Shown piece by piece: positions 26,838 to 38,750 of a stretch of 64,000 nt of DNA; positions within the stretch are counted from its first letter, which is position 1, and the number at the start of each line of letters is the position of its first letter. The notes below the pieces were generated by a model, which worked only from the letters and a program-made list of their open reading frames with translations, was not told where the DNA came from and made no database searches. The position numbers were made by a program, and so were the translations under genes. The stretch is from positions 17,176,001-17,240,000 of the forward strand of contig NW_024704743.1 in the NCBI RefSeq assembly GCF_018977255.1, written 5' to 3'. This DNA comes from Callorhinchus milii. Taxonomy: Eukaryota.

Positions 26838-27170
26838 TATATAAATGACCTGGATTTGGGTATCGGGAGTACAATTTCCAAATTTGCGGATGATACTAAC
26901 CTAGGAAAAGTAGTAAACGGTGAGGAGGATAGTAGCAGACTGCAATAGGACAATGGGCAGACATGTGGCAGATGAAGTTTAGTATGGAGAAATGTGAAAT
27001 TATGCATTTTGGGAGGAAGAATGAGTAGAGGCAATATAAGCTGATGGTACAATCTTAAAAAGGAGAGAGTGGGGGAATGGGATTGATTTGGATAGCTCTT
27101 TTCAAAGACCCACACAGACACATGGGCCGAATGGCCTCCTTCTGTGCTGTATAATTCTATGATTATATGA
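26838..27170 (+). mobile_element. CR1 fragment in the last intron of copy A
   Basis: tccaaatttgcggatgatac (KFADD) and CR1 tail; explains the 444-nt intron versus 87 nt in copy B. Confidence 0.8.
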
Positions 27171-27237
27171 CCTATCTCTTTGTTTGTATCTCTTTGTTAT
27201 AAATGCACACTGCAATATAATATTCTCTTTGTTGTAG

Positions 27238-27423
27238 GTGGACGGCAATGAAGTAAACTGGTCACTTGGTTACATGCTAAATGTCACCAATCAAATCCCA
27301 CGAGAAATTAAAGGGAAAGAAAATATGATTAAGCTAGCTATATTATCAAAAGTTCTCATTGTGTTTTCTTCATTATTAATGTTCAGTATATTTATCATTT
27401 ACCAGATGATAAAACATCCATGA
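27238..27423 (+). CDS. ENTPD3-like: ENTPD3-like copy A, last coding exon (ACR5 and C-terminal TM helix)
   Basis: VDGNEVNWSLGYMLNVTNQIP...VLIVFSSLLMFSIFIIYQMIKHP then TGA stop. Confidence 0.93.
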   Translation: MDGNEVNWSLGYMLNVTNQIPREIKGKENMIKLAILSKVLIVFSSLLMFSIFIIYQMIKHP

Positions 27424-27459
27424 TTTTTTCATCTACAACAACACTGATGAAAAACCTGT

Positions 27460-28920
27460 AGCTGATCCTCGTTTTAAGCCATCTGTTTGACTTGTCATTT
27501 GATCTGAAGCATGTTAATTTAATTTGAAGAGAAATTTTGAGTACTAGGTTTCTAATCTAGCATTTTGTACATGAGCAGGCAATGCCTCAATATTCTCATT
27601 AGTAAGTTTCTCTTTCACTAGCATCTAAACAATTTAGGATACACAATGGTACAGTAAACCTCACAAGTCATATCAGTTAGGACCATGCATTCAATACGAC
27701 TTATGAAAAGTATGAGTTAAATGTAAAACATACATAAATCGTATCATACATGACTTATGTAGGGTTATGATGTCGGATTTTAAATGACTTAGACACAACA
27801 AATACTGTACTCAGAATTTCTCCTTATGACAGAACAGATCGGTTCAAGGTGGGAGGTTGGGGAACATTTTTTAATTTAATCTTAATTTGAAAGCCGGGTT
27901 TCCGCAGTTCTTAAAAAAGATTCAGCTTCCAAATTGAGACTTTGTTTTAGAATTTTAACTTCCCTGTTAAATAATTTTTTAAAAATGGTTTGACAGACTA
28001 AGAATTGATGGATTTCCAGGTCTATAGTTTGCTAAATTATATGTAAAATTGCTGATTTCATGTATGCTTTTTGCTTTGAAGCACTGAGTAAAGGGACACT
28101 AGAAGGAAACCTTCCACTAATCACTCACATAAACTTGTGGGTCACTGGTCACAGTAGAGTTGAGAGCAGATCACCTGACTATCATTGGCCCTGTAATAGG
28201 TCCAAAGAGAACATGGGAAGAACTTGAATAACTCAGAACCAAACATTAAATAGAAATAAAAATGGAATTACTTTGTCTCACAATATATACCATAGAGTAA
28301 CGATGTTAATTATGACTGTAATTTTGTAGAGACAGTTCTGAATGAATGTCCCATATTTTCAGTGTTTGTTGGATTCCTTGTCTTTCTAGAATGCATTTGG
28401 AATCTTTGTTTTAAGCAGTACACTATTTTGGGTGATTGATTTGTAATTATCATCTGAACTCTCTCAAACAATTCAGAAATCACTCCAGGAGACCTGTTAG
28501 TTTTACATATTATAATTGTTATATATCATTCAGTATCGTTATTGCCAAAAGCTGCTTGTTTCATGTTTCTGTTAAATGTCAATATTTTAATACATGATTA
28601 AAGTTAACTTCAGAGACTATGCGGTTATTACTGGTAAATCCTATGTTTAATACATTTCATGTATTTTAACTCTAGATCAAAATATCTAAGTTCCACTGTT
28701 TCCATATGTTTCACTTTTGCACATACTGGGGAATATAGAATGAAACTAATAAGATTTTCCAAAATACAGGAAAGTATTTTACAGTAAACTCTGGTACAGG
28801 TCTGGTAGGTTTGCATTTGCCATTACAGTATAAAATAGTTTTACTAATACTGCAGTAGTAGTCTGCTACAAACTTGCTCCTGTGCCTGAATTGATTTGAC
28901 CATTGTGAAAGTTTTTAATT
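27460..28920 (+). other. 3' UTR/flank of copy A, homologous to 54050-55800; candidate AATAAA at 28255
   Basis: Blocks align with the copy B 3' region; AATAAA is present in both (28255, 54669). Confidence 0.6.
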
Positions 28921-30589
28921 ATCGCAGATGAAAGCCATCTATAGCAGAGGTTTTAACTGGGGGTGTTTTCAGCCCATTAGGAAGCTGGAGTTGGATTTTG
29001 TTTTTAAATTGCAACTTTATGGTTTTATTTTGCGAACGAAGAAAGAAGCAGCTTTGTCCTGGATCACTCAAAAACATTATAGGATAATTCTAGGTATGAG
29101 ATTTTTTTCCCCCCCAATCGGTTAGTGTATCGGTAATTAGACGGCATGAATTTAGGATTATTTAATAAACTAAATGAGGTTAATTGAATTACATGAAGCA
29201 TAGAAAGGACAATCGATTTCCCTGTCAAAATACATCGTTGAAGCAGAATTATAATAGATTTCAAAAGGGAATTAAACAAATATTGAAAAAAGAAATGTTA
29301 AGGAGTATTGGAAAGGGCAGAAAAGTGTACTGAACAGTTAGATCTTTCAGAAAGTATGATGGGCTTAATTGCCTTGTGTGCTGTCGATTTTAGGCTATCT
29401 TTAAATGGATTGAGACATTTCACCAACATGATAAAATCCTATAGCAAATGCAAGGATTATTATTAAGTTTAAAGCAAAAACATTTTTAAATCTGTGCTTG
29501 ATCCACAAAATATACAGTCAGTTCATTTTACGATATATTCTGTGAAGCACTTTGAGACGTCCCAATGATATGATATAGCACTGTATCAAAATGCAAGGAT
29601 TATTATTGTTATTAGTATTACTCCAGAAACATAAAAAAATCATCTCTCTGCTCATCATACCATTGTCTTGATTGACGATGAGAACATTAGAAACATTTCA
29701 AAAGGAATTGAATAAATATAAAATCTTTGGAGGGAGAAATTAGTACAGTTAAAAATTGTAAAATAAGATGGCTACTGCAATTTGGGGAATAACAAAAGTA
29801 CATAATATTACACAAAAAATTGTGGGGAGGTTTAGCAGTTTTTTTCGGGATATGGTAGCTGCATCCAATCCATGGAAAAATCCTTGAATGTCCACTGCCT
29901 GTGGATGTTTAGCTGAAGAAACATCCGGTGGTGGTTACAAAAATAGTCACAGTTCTGATATACAGGGCACAAACTTTGTAAACTGCTTAGAAGATCTTTG
30001 ATTAACAGGTAGCACCAGTCTCAATAGGTCAATAAAAAAATCAGTCTCGAGACTTGAGAAAGTCTTTTCCCTGCCTGTGTGGCAAGTGGCCCAACCACGT
30101 CACTCCCCCCCCCACCCACCCCAACCCCGGGTGACTCCAGACTGATATCTTTGACAACTGTCAGGAAATTCGGTTTCTGATTGTTTGGTCTTGGTCTGCT
30201 GCTACGATTAGATACCCGAAAGATAACAACGACTTGCATTTATATAGCACCCTTCCACTTGGGGGCAGTCTTTGAGCGCTTAAAACAAGATCACCTTGAC
30301 TGGTTCGCTCTCCTCATAAGACAATATTAAAGATAACAACAACTTGAATTTGCATACCGCTCTTCGCATGGGATAATGTCTCGGAGTGCTGCACAGGGAT
30401 AATAATAAGGATCCTTGCATTTAATATAGCGCCTTCTCAACGCTTCGAAATGTCTCAAAGCGCTTCACTGAATATACTGTAAACTGAATTAACTGTATAT
30501 TTTGTGGCCGAAATGTGGCAGCCAGTTGTGCACAGCAGGGCCTCACAGACAGTTATGGGTTAAGTGACCAATTTTTTTTAAGGAAATAT

Positions 30590-30705
30590 TACAACAAAAT
30601 TACATTTGTAATAGCGCCTTTCGTGTCGGGAGGGGGTCCCACGGCGCTGGACAATCAATGTTTTGGACCTGAACTGGGGATCGGGGAGGGTGGAGGGCGG
30701 GGGGG
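30590..30705 (-). mobile_element. L2 3' terminus (left part of an apparently split L2)
   Basis: acaacaaaattacatttgtaatagcgcctttc...gggagggtggagggc matches the L2 tail at 52607-52735. Confidence 0.8.
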
Positions 30706-30721
30706 AGGTGGGGGGGAGGTG

Positions 30722-31233
30722 GATTGGGGGGGTGAGGGGTGAGGATGAAGTGAGAGTGATTGGGGGGACGTGAAGTGAGAGTGATTGGGGGACGTGAAGT
30801 GAGAGTGATTGGGGGGTGAGGGTGAGGATGAAGTGAGAGTGATTGGGGGGGAGGGGATGAAGTGAGAGTGATGGGGGGGTGAGGGGTGAGGATGAAGTGA
30901 GAGTGATGGGAGGGGATGAAGTGAGAGTGATTGGGGGGGAGGGGATGAAGTGAGAGTGATGGGGGGTGGGGGGATGAAGTGAGAGTGATGGGGGTGAGGG
31001 GTGAGGATGAAGTGAGAGTGATGGGGGGTGAGGGGTGAGGATGAAGTGAGAGTGATGGGGAGGGGATGAAGTGAGAGTGATTGGGGGGGAGGGGATGAAG
31101 TGAGAGTGATGGGGGGTGGGGGGATGAAGTGAGAGTGATGGGGGGGTGAGGGGTGAGGATGAAGTGAGAGTGATGGGGAGGGGATGAAGTGAGAGTGATG
31201 GGGGGGAGGGGATGAAGTGAGAGTGATGGGGGG
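30722..31233. repeat. G-rich minisatellite, core GATGAAGTGAGAGTGAT plus variable G-runs, roughly 17 units
   Basis: Directly visible tandem units of ~25-35 bp. Confidence 0.95.
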
Positions 31234-31560
31234 TCCCTCTTGCTCTCGCTGTCTCTCTTGTTTGGCTGATCTTTGGCGCTGGAGGACTGCAGCTCTGGTG
31301 CCGGACGTTGGGACAGAGCGTCACTGACGCACAATCCCCGACGCTCACGTTCACTCTCTCAGTGTCTCAGGGAATCCGCGGCGCCTCCTCCTCACCAGGT
31401 GCTGTGGGCCCGGGCCCGGGCCTGGCACAGAGGGCACTGTACACCCACAGGAGCCGCGCCACTGAGCAGACAGTTGGGAGAAGCCTCACATGAGCCCTGA
31501 GGTGGGAGTGAGCGCAGGTCACAACATCCCCCCCCACGACAGCCTCAGCCCCCCCCACCC
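31234..31560 (+). promoter_or_regulatory. Putative CpG-rich promoter / non-coding first exon of copy B
   Basis: CpG-rich, upstream of copy B, donor-like gtgagcgcag at 31508; nearly identical to 62765-63090. Confidence 0.55.
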
Positions 31561-31669
31561 CAGCCCCAGGCCCCGCCCCCCCCCGCCACCAGCCCCACGA
31601 GCCCCGCCCCCCTCCACGAGCCCCGGGCCCCCCCCCCCAGCCTCAGCCCCCCCCAGGCCCAGCCCCCCC

Positions 31670-31965
31670 CATCTTGAGGAGCATCTTGAGATGGGTCTTG
31701 AAGGAGGCGGTGCGCCGGAGGGATTGCGGAGTTCCAGAGGGTGGGGGTGGTGTGGCGGGAGAGGCGGGGGACATGAAGCAGGCGGGAGACAATTGAAGGG
31801 CAGAGCGGGCCCAGAGCGGGTGTTCGGCGGTGGCAGAGGTAGGGGGGAGCAAGGCCATGGAGGGCTTTGAAGGTGACCAGGATCTTGAACTGTATCTTCT
31901 GTGTGATGAATGATCTGCAGCCTATGGAGGGAGGAGTTCGGGGAAGCTGACAAGCATGGAGTTTG
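31670..31965 (-). mobile_element. L2 fragment (right part of an apparently split L2)
   Basis: tcttgagatgggtcttgaaggaggc...ggagcaaggccatggagggctttgaagg continues the L2 consensus from 30705. Confidence 0.8.
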
Positions 31966-32785
31966 CAGAGTACTCACTGAAACCTGGCTCGGCCCTGCTG
32001 ACACCTCTCTCACTGAGGCCACCCCACCTATACCTTCCATTGTAATGCTAGCCTCTAACTCTCTGGTACCCTATCACTTCGTCAAGCTCCATCTCACTAA
32101 ATTTTCCACAATCTAAAATTTTATGACAGTGATCTCTTGGTCTCTTTTCCAACTCTCGTATCTAGTGAATGGAGACACCAGGCACAAATGGTTCACAGTA
32201 GTTCCTATAAATTACTCAAATGCCTACTGCATTAGAATTATAAATAAATACAATAATAAATAACCCTTGCATTTGATATAGCACTTTTCATGTCTTAGAT
32301 TAGAGTTCTATACAGGTCAGAGGATGGCCTCCTTTCTTGCTGTTTCCCAATGATTACTGGAGTCCCTGATATACAACTTGCATATCGTTCTTGGGAACTA
32401 AAGGAGTGTATCATATCTCAGCCTTGGAAAGGCGGCCCTGTTACATGGGAAGGGATGAGGTGCTAGTCAGAGGTTTTCTCCTTAAACTTCCTTGATTCAC
32501 TTAATATTTTTTTCCTTTCGGTGCAAGTGCTCTTGTCACCATCACTGACCATCTACGCTTTAAGGTTCTAATATTTGAAACTTTCCTCAAAGGGGAACAA
32601 AAATTCTGTTCAACAAAGACTTCCCAAATTCTAACTGAAACATATAGTCACTAATGTATTTTAATCTCATTTTAGGGATGGTATTTAGGGATTGATTTTC
32701 CTCCTTACCAAGATGAAGGGTAGAGTAAGACCTACGGAAGTTTCAATCAGAGCACAGCATCGTTCGAGGTGGAACCTGCAAAAGC

Positions 32786-32798
32786 ATGGCATTGGTAG
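32786..32798 (+). CDS. Candidate start-codon mini-exon of copy B (MALV plus phase-1 G)
   Basis: agcATGg Kozak context; ATG GCA TTG GTA G|gtaatg is a phase-1 donor matching the phase-1 acceptor at 33852, whose exon has no ATG before the TM helix. Possible acceptor ttttag ends at 32675. Confidence 0.4.
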
Positions 32799-33315
32799 GT
32801 AATGTTACATCGCCCGTTTCCTTAGGAACATCAAGCTAGTGTTTGTGTTTGTAGCTGTCCACAGTGGTTGACACTGGAAGGCTGGAATGTAAAAAGGCAT
32901 TTTTCTCCGTCAAGCCTGTGATGTCCATCCAAGCATATTTTATCATGAGCACTACCTCATCATTCTATCTCATGGAAGAACATTTAAATTGTCACTGGCT
33001 AACCTCAAAAATAATGAAATAAACATCTCCCACCCACTGCATATCCACATTTAAAACAACATTTCCTTCTGTTCAGTACCAGAAACTAGTATACTTGTAG
33101 AGTACTCACTGAAACCTGGCTCATCCCTGGTGACACCTTTCCTCTCACTGAGGCCACCCTACCTACCCTTCCATTGTAATGCTAGCCTCTACACTCTCTG
33201 GTACCCTGTTACCTTGTCAAGGTCCATCTCAAGATGTATCTCTTTGATTGTATTTTCAGTCACCTTTTCGCTCCCCACCCACCCACCACCCTTGCTTCCA
33301 CTTCCAGATTAGGTA

Positions 33316-33750
33316 TGCAGCCTAGTTCAGTTGCTAGCACTGTCGCTTTTGAGTCAGAAGGTTATGGGTTGTAAGCCACATGGTGGACTTGGAACACATA
33401 TCGTCTATGCTGACCCTCCAGTGCAGTGCTGGAGGTGTGCTGATGGTGTTGTAGTGCCATCCTTTGGAGATGTTAAACTGAGGTCCTCTCTGTTGGTCCA
33501 GTTGGACGTTAAAGATACAATTGACACGATTCAAAAATTGAAGGGAGTTTCTCTCGGTGTCCTGGTCAACTGGCCTCCACAAATAAAATTGGTCATTCAC
33601 TCCATGGCTAATTGTGGGGCATGCTATCTGCAAATTGGAATCTACGTTCATCCAGAAACAATCACTGCATTTTACATTGTGTCCTGTGAAATGCTTTGGG
33701 ACATCTCATTGACATGGAAAGTCTATATCAAATGCAAGAATTATTATAAT
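33316..33750 (+). mobile_element. Near full-length Deu-domain SINE
   Basis: tRNA-like head (gagtcagaaggttatgggtt), Deu core gagatgttaaactgaggtc...aaagatac, L2-type tail. Confidence 0.7.
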
Positions 33751-33851
33751 AAAACAATCAGAACAAAATGTGCAGCTATCATAACAACCTGGATGATGAT
33801 GTATGGAATTTGTTAAATGCTTGGTTTGTATTCTTTGTCTTTTTCACCCAG

Positions 33852-33973
33852 ACAGTGAAGTTGTGAAGAGAATAATAATAGCTGCAGTAATTCTGTTCTT
33901 ATGTGTGACAAGCATAATAACAATTACAGTTGTCTACATAACCAAATCACAAATTCTGACTGCAGGAATGAAG
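33852..33973 (+). CDS. ENTPD3-like: Copy B TM1 exon
   Basis: cag|AC then SEVVKRIIIAAVILFLCVTSIITITVVYITKSQILTAGMK|gtatgt; homologous to 14674-14798. Confidence 0.85.
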
Positions 33974-34812
33974 GTATGTTAGGTGTTATTCAATTCCGTC
34001 CTTTTCATTTCTTCGAATGACAGCTAGACAATTATTATACAATATAACATTTTCAAAATAATACCTTCCAATTATCAGTCAATCAGTTTGATTTACACAG
34101 AGACACAATCATGTTTAACTTCATAAAATGTCCAAAGTGCCCAGTGGATTTTATAAATAGGGGCAGAGAATATGAAATCAATGGGGGAATGCTGAACTAA
34201 AATGCTAATAAATCATTAGTTGGAATATTGTGTCCAGTATTGGTCACTCCACTTTAGGAAAGACGTCAAGGCCATTGAGGGAGTGCAGAGGAGATTTACT
34301 AGGATGATACCGAGGATGAGTGGTTTGGCCCTGAGCGGAGACTGGAGGAACAAGGATATTTTCCACTGGAACAAAGAAGTTTGACGGTGACCTGATAGAG
34401 GTCTTTAAAATTATGAGGGGTTTTGATAGAAATTATAGAAAGAAGGCAAGATGGAGGTGTGGAGGGAGGAAGTTCCAGAAGTTACGGATGTTATATCTGA
34501 AAGCTTGATCACCAATGGTGGCATAGAAAGGATGGGGAACATATTCTAAGTCCAAGTTACAAGTAATTATACAATAGCACTAGAGATTCTAATAAACATT
34601 GTGATAAAAGTGCACAGAATAAACAATAGGCAACTAAGGTCTGATACTCCACCTAGTCTAAATCTGGAAGGCCAATTTGTCTTAAAATTAAGGTAATGCA
34701 GAATTGTGTATAGAATGAGGAAATAAGCATTTAGCATGATGTTGAGATCTTTTTTCTAGTGTTGAAAATGTTAACATCATTAATAAATGGGAAGTATCTC
34801 TCTCCTTTATAG

Positions 34813-34930
34813 TATGGGATTATTCTTGAGGCTGGAACCGTCAGAACAAAATTAACTGTTTACCAGTGGCCGGCGGAAAAGATACGTAACACAGGTGTTG
34901 TTAGTGAAAAATTAATTTGCTATTCTCAAG
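34813..34930 (+). CDS. ENTPD3-like: Copy B exon 2 (altered ACR1)
   Basis: 118 nt; YGIILEAGTVRTKLTVYQWPAEKIRNTGVVSEKLICYSQ. Confidence 0.93.
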
Positions 34931-34984
34931 GTAGGCAGCTCAAATTTTATTCTGAAACATGTTTAGCCTTTAGGCCACCAATAT

Positions 34985-35315
34985 AATAATAATAATCTTT
35001 GCATCTGATATTGTGCCTCATCAGTTCTTCGAAATGTCTCAAAGCGCTTTACAGAATATACTGTAAAGTGAATTGACTGTATATTTTGTGGGCAAAACGC
35101 GGCAGCCAATTGAGAACAGCAGTGTCCCACAAATAGTCGTGGATTGAGTGACCAATTTATTATTATTATTCTTTTTAAGCAATTGTTGTAAAAGCAATCG
35201 CCAATCAACTAATAACCAGGTTTCTAATTACTGCTAGGTAAACAGAGGCGTTTGGAGTAAGGAAACTTGCCCAACATTTCGCCCTGCCGGGAACCGAACT
35301 CGGGTTCTCGCGCTC
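34985..35315 (-). mobile_element. tRNA-derived SINE
   Basis: Reverse complement of the 8819 family. Confidence 0.8.
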
Positions 35316-36619
35316 TGTGAGGCATTATGTAATAATAGAGTGGTCCAATAAGTACAATATAATACAACTTACATAGCATTGTTCCCTATCGGAGGATGTC
35401 TCAAAGTACTTGACAATGCTGGTTAGTTACCCAAGCTGGGGGTGAGAGCCAAGGGGGACGGGAAAGGTAATAATAATCCTTGCATTCGATATAGCGCCTT
35501 ATAGTATGGTACTCCGTTGCATCTACACCTCCAATGTTATAAGCCAAGGGTGAAAGACTGAAATAAGTTGCTCTTTAAATGAACCAACTATACTGTAAAT
35601 TTCTATGTTTCTAGGATCTATTCTCCTCTTGTCAAAGAATTATCTCCTCAGTTCCACCCTGCACAGATCCAGGGCACTGCCATGATGATAGTATTCTTCT
35701 CAGCAGTAAATTACCAAGCTTGGTATCGTGTGCTAACAATGCTACTGCATCACCATCATGGTGTTGGGTAGGCTAACACTTTAGTAAAAACAGGAAAGCA
35801 CATTTGTAATGAGACATCCATCCAATGAGTCATTAAACTGAGGTCTGTTCTACCTCTTCTTCAAGTGGGTGGGTCAAAGATCCCTGACCCTATTCAAGAA
35901 GAAAAGGAGTTTGTAGGTGTATATGGATGATATTCTACACTTTTTCACTTCTAGTCTTGATTCCAGGTCCATCGATGTTCTCTGTCTGCTTGCCTGTCAG
36001 ACATCAAGGCCTAGATGAGCATCAACTTTCTGCAACTTAACATGGACAAGACAGAGGCCACCTTCCTTGGCTCTCACCAATGTCTCCTCCCCTCCATCTT
36101 TAACATCCTCAACTTCCCCTAACTTTCAATCTCACCGAACGAGTGCCCAACTACGGTTTCTGGTTCCATTCTCAGCTGTCCTTCCTTCCTCACATTCGGT
36201 CCCTGACCAAAACTAATTTTCTTCTCTTACGCTATATTTCTGCCCTGACATCACACGAATACTACTAAAACCCTTAACTACACTTGTCACTTCCCGCCTT
36301 GATTCCTCAGTACACTCCTCACTGATTTCCTCAGTTACACCAGGCACAGATCCAGCGAACCAAAATGTCACCACCCATATCCTGACTTGCACCAAACTCC
36401 TCATTCCCATCACATCGACCTCAAGTTGCTCTATATCATGTACCAATCCCTTCACGCTTAAGTACCTCCCTATCTCTCTGCTTGCAACTCCCCCCAAGCT
36501 AGCTGTGTACCTTCGCCTCCTTCGCATCACCATCAATAGCCAAGTCTTGTCACCACCTCTTAACTTCTGCAACTGCCTGCCTTTCTATTGCTTTGACTTG
36601 CCCCTTCTCTGTCTGTCCT

Positions 36620-38750
36620 CAACAACAACAACTTGGATTTATATAGCGCCCTACACGCCAGACGGCGTCTCAGAGTGCCTTACAGTTTAGGATCCCGGGA
36701 CCGAGCCAGGGGGAGGCGTGGGAAGGTGACCAAAGGCGCGGTCGAAAAGAAAGGTCTTCAGCAGAGACCTGAAAATGGGAAGGGAGGGAGCGAGACGAAG
36801 GGAGTGAGGAAGGCAGTTCCAGAGCCTCGGGGCATAGTGGCTGAAGGCACGGCCGCCGAGGGTAGAGCGGAGGACTCGGGGGACAAGGACTCCGCCAGAC
36901 CCAGAGGAACGAAGGCAACGGGTACTTTGCTGAGGAGAGAGGAGGTCAGAGAGGTAGGGGGGTGCAGAGGAGTGCAGGGACTTGAATACGAGGGTGAGGA
37001 TCTTGAAATCGATCCTCTCTGGGATAGGGAGCCAGTGCAGTCTGGCAAGGACTGGGGTGATCGGGGAGCGGAGTTTCATGCGGGTGGGAAGGCGGGCAGC
37101 AGAGTTCTGAATGAGTGGATTTTATGGATGGTAGTGGATGGGAAACCGACGAGGAGGGCATTTGAATACTCCAGCCGAGAGGTGACAAAGGCATGAACCA
37201 AAGTTTCAGCGGCTTTTGGGGAGAGGTATTGACGGAGACGGGCAATGCGTCGGAGGTGGAAGAAAGCGGTGCTGGTGAGGGACCGGATGTGGGGGAGAAA
37301 GGATAATTGGGGGTCGAACCTGATGCCTAGGTTGCGTACGGGTTCGGAGAGTTTTAGGGGGAGGTCGGGTAGGTGGTGGAGGAGAGATTTTAGACATTGA
37401 CGAGCCGAAGAGTATGGCTTCCGTCTTGTCAACGTTCAGCTGAAGGAAGTTTGTGCTCATCCCGCCCCTGAGATCTGACAGGCAGGCTGATAGAACATCA
37501 GGGGACTGGGGGTCGCAAAGAGAGGTGGAAAAGTAGAGTTGGATGTCATCTGCATACATGTGGGAATGTACCCCATGTCTGCGGATGACATCCCCAAGAG
37601 GGAGCATGTAGATCAGAAAGAGGAGGGGACCAAGGATGGATCCTTGCGGTACCTCGCAGGTGACCAGGTGAGAGCGGGAGGAGAAGCCATCTATGCAGAT
37701 GTACTGCTGGCGGTTTGTGAGGTAGGACTCGAACCAGGCGAGTGCGGTCCCACTGAAGTGGATGATGGAGGAAAGGCGGTGGAGGAGGATGGCGTGATCA
37801 ACTGTCGAACGTGGCGGAGAGGTCCAGGTGGACAAGGAGGCAGAGGGAGCCCTGGTCACAGATAAGAGAGGATGTCGTTTGTGACTTTCACAAGCGCAGT
37901 CTCTGTACTGTGGGCGGAAACTGGACTGGAGGGGTTCGAAGAGGGAGTTGGAGGAGAGGTGTGGGCGAAGTTGGGTGGCCACAACCCGTTCTAGAGCTTT
38001 TGAGAGTAAGGGCAGGTTAGAAATAGGGCGGTAATGGCTGGGATTTGAGGGATCTGGGGAGGGTTTTTTCAGGAAGGGGGTGAAGACAGCAGTTTTGAGG
38101 GGGGGCAGGGACTGATCCGGAGGAGAGGGACTGGTTGATGATGTCAGCCAGTAGTGGGCATAGGAGGGGGAGCTGTGTGACCAGTAAGTTGGTGAGAAGG
38201 GATTCAAGGCAGCAGGTGGTGGGTTTCATTCCCCAGTGCCTTCGCCTTGCTTCCTCCCTTTTCTCCTTCAAGGCCGGTCTCAAGACCTTACTCTTTGACC
38301 GTGCCTTCAGCTCCCCTATCAACTCTCTACCCCCTCCTCGCTCCCTCCCTTCCCTCACCCTGACCATTTCCCCCCTGCTCGGGTCCTGACCCAATTGTCC
38401 AACGCCTTGGGACGTCCTCCCGACGTGAAAGGCGCTCTGCAAATGGAATCTTGTTGTTGTTGTTTCATGGAAGTGATGGTGGGTGAATGGGAGGAGGGAG
38501 AGATGGGGAGGAAGGAATGTAGAATGGGGGTGATGGTAGGAGCAGATGATGAGGAGGGTGAGGGGGACAGAGAGGGCGTGGTGGTGGGTGACAAGGGGCA
38601 GGTGGATGAGGCTGCCTAGTGGAGATGTTCAGTATTTTAGTTGAAAAGAAGTCCATGACCTCCTCGCACTTGGCATTTGATACGAAGATTGAGGAGGCCT
38701 GAGGGGGCGGGCACGGAGGAGGTAGAGGATGGTGGTCCTCACAACACATC
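36620..38750 (-). mobile_element. Long L2 LINE (RT domain to 3' end) with a nested + strand L2 tail
   Basis: YRPISNLPLLSKALE, VPQGSILGPLLF, YADDIQLY and LHWLP motifs; (aac)n tail at 36620. Confidence 0.92.
38230..38463 (+). mobile_element. L2 3' end nested in the opposite-strand L2
   Basis: Flanked by TTTCAT on both sides (38224-38229 and 38463-38468), a probable TSD. Confidence 0.75.

Larger units (their letters stand above)
14682..27423 (+). other. ENTPD3-like: Gene model, copy A: ENTPD3-like ecto-NTPDase, join(14682-14798,17075-17192,18859-19009,20816-20975,22612-22839,23444-23716,23820-23930,26656-26793,27238-27423), 493 aa
   Basis: Manual splicing gives an open frame with GT-AG introns, N- and C-terminal hydrophobic segments, ACR1 DAGSSRT, ACR2 ATAGMR, ACR3 GREEAIYAW, ACR4 DLGGASTQ and ACR5 WSLG. 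ENTPD3-type signatures: DAGSSRTT, FDFKAC, WSLGYML..TNQIP. Confidence 0.92.

Noticed and set aside
37206..38207. 333-aa ORF as an active retrotransposon or host gene
   Set aside because: Frameshifted L2 RT fragment, 5'-truncated and interrupted by a nested insertion.
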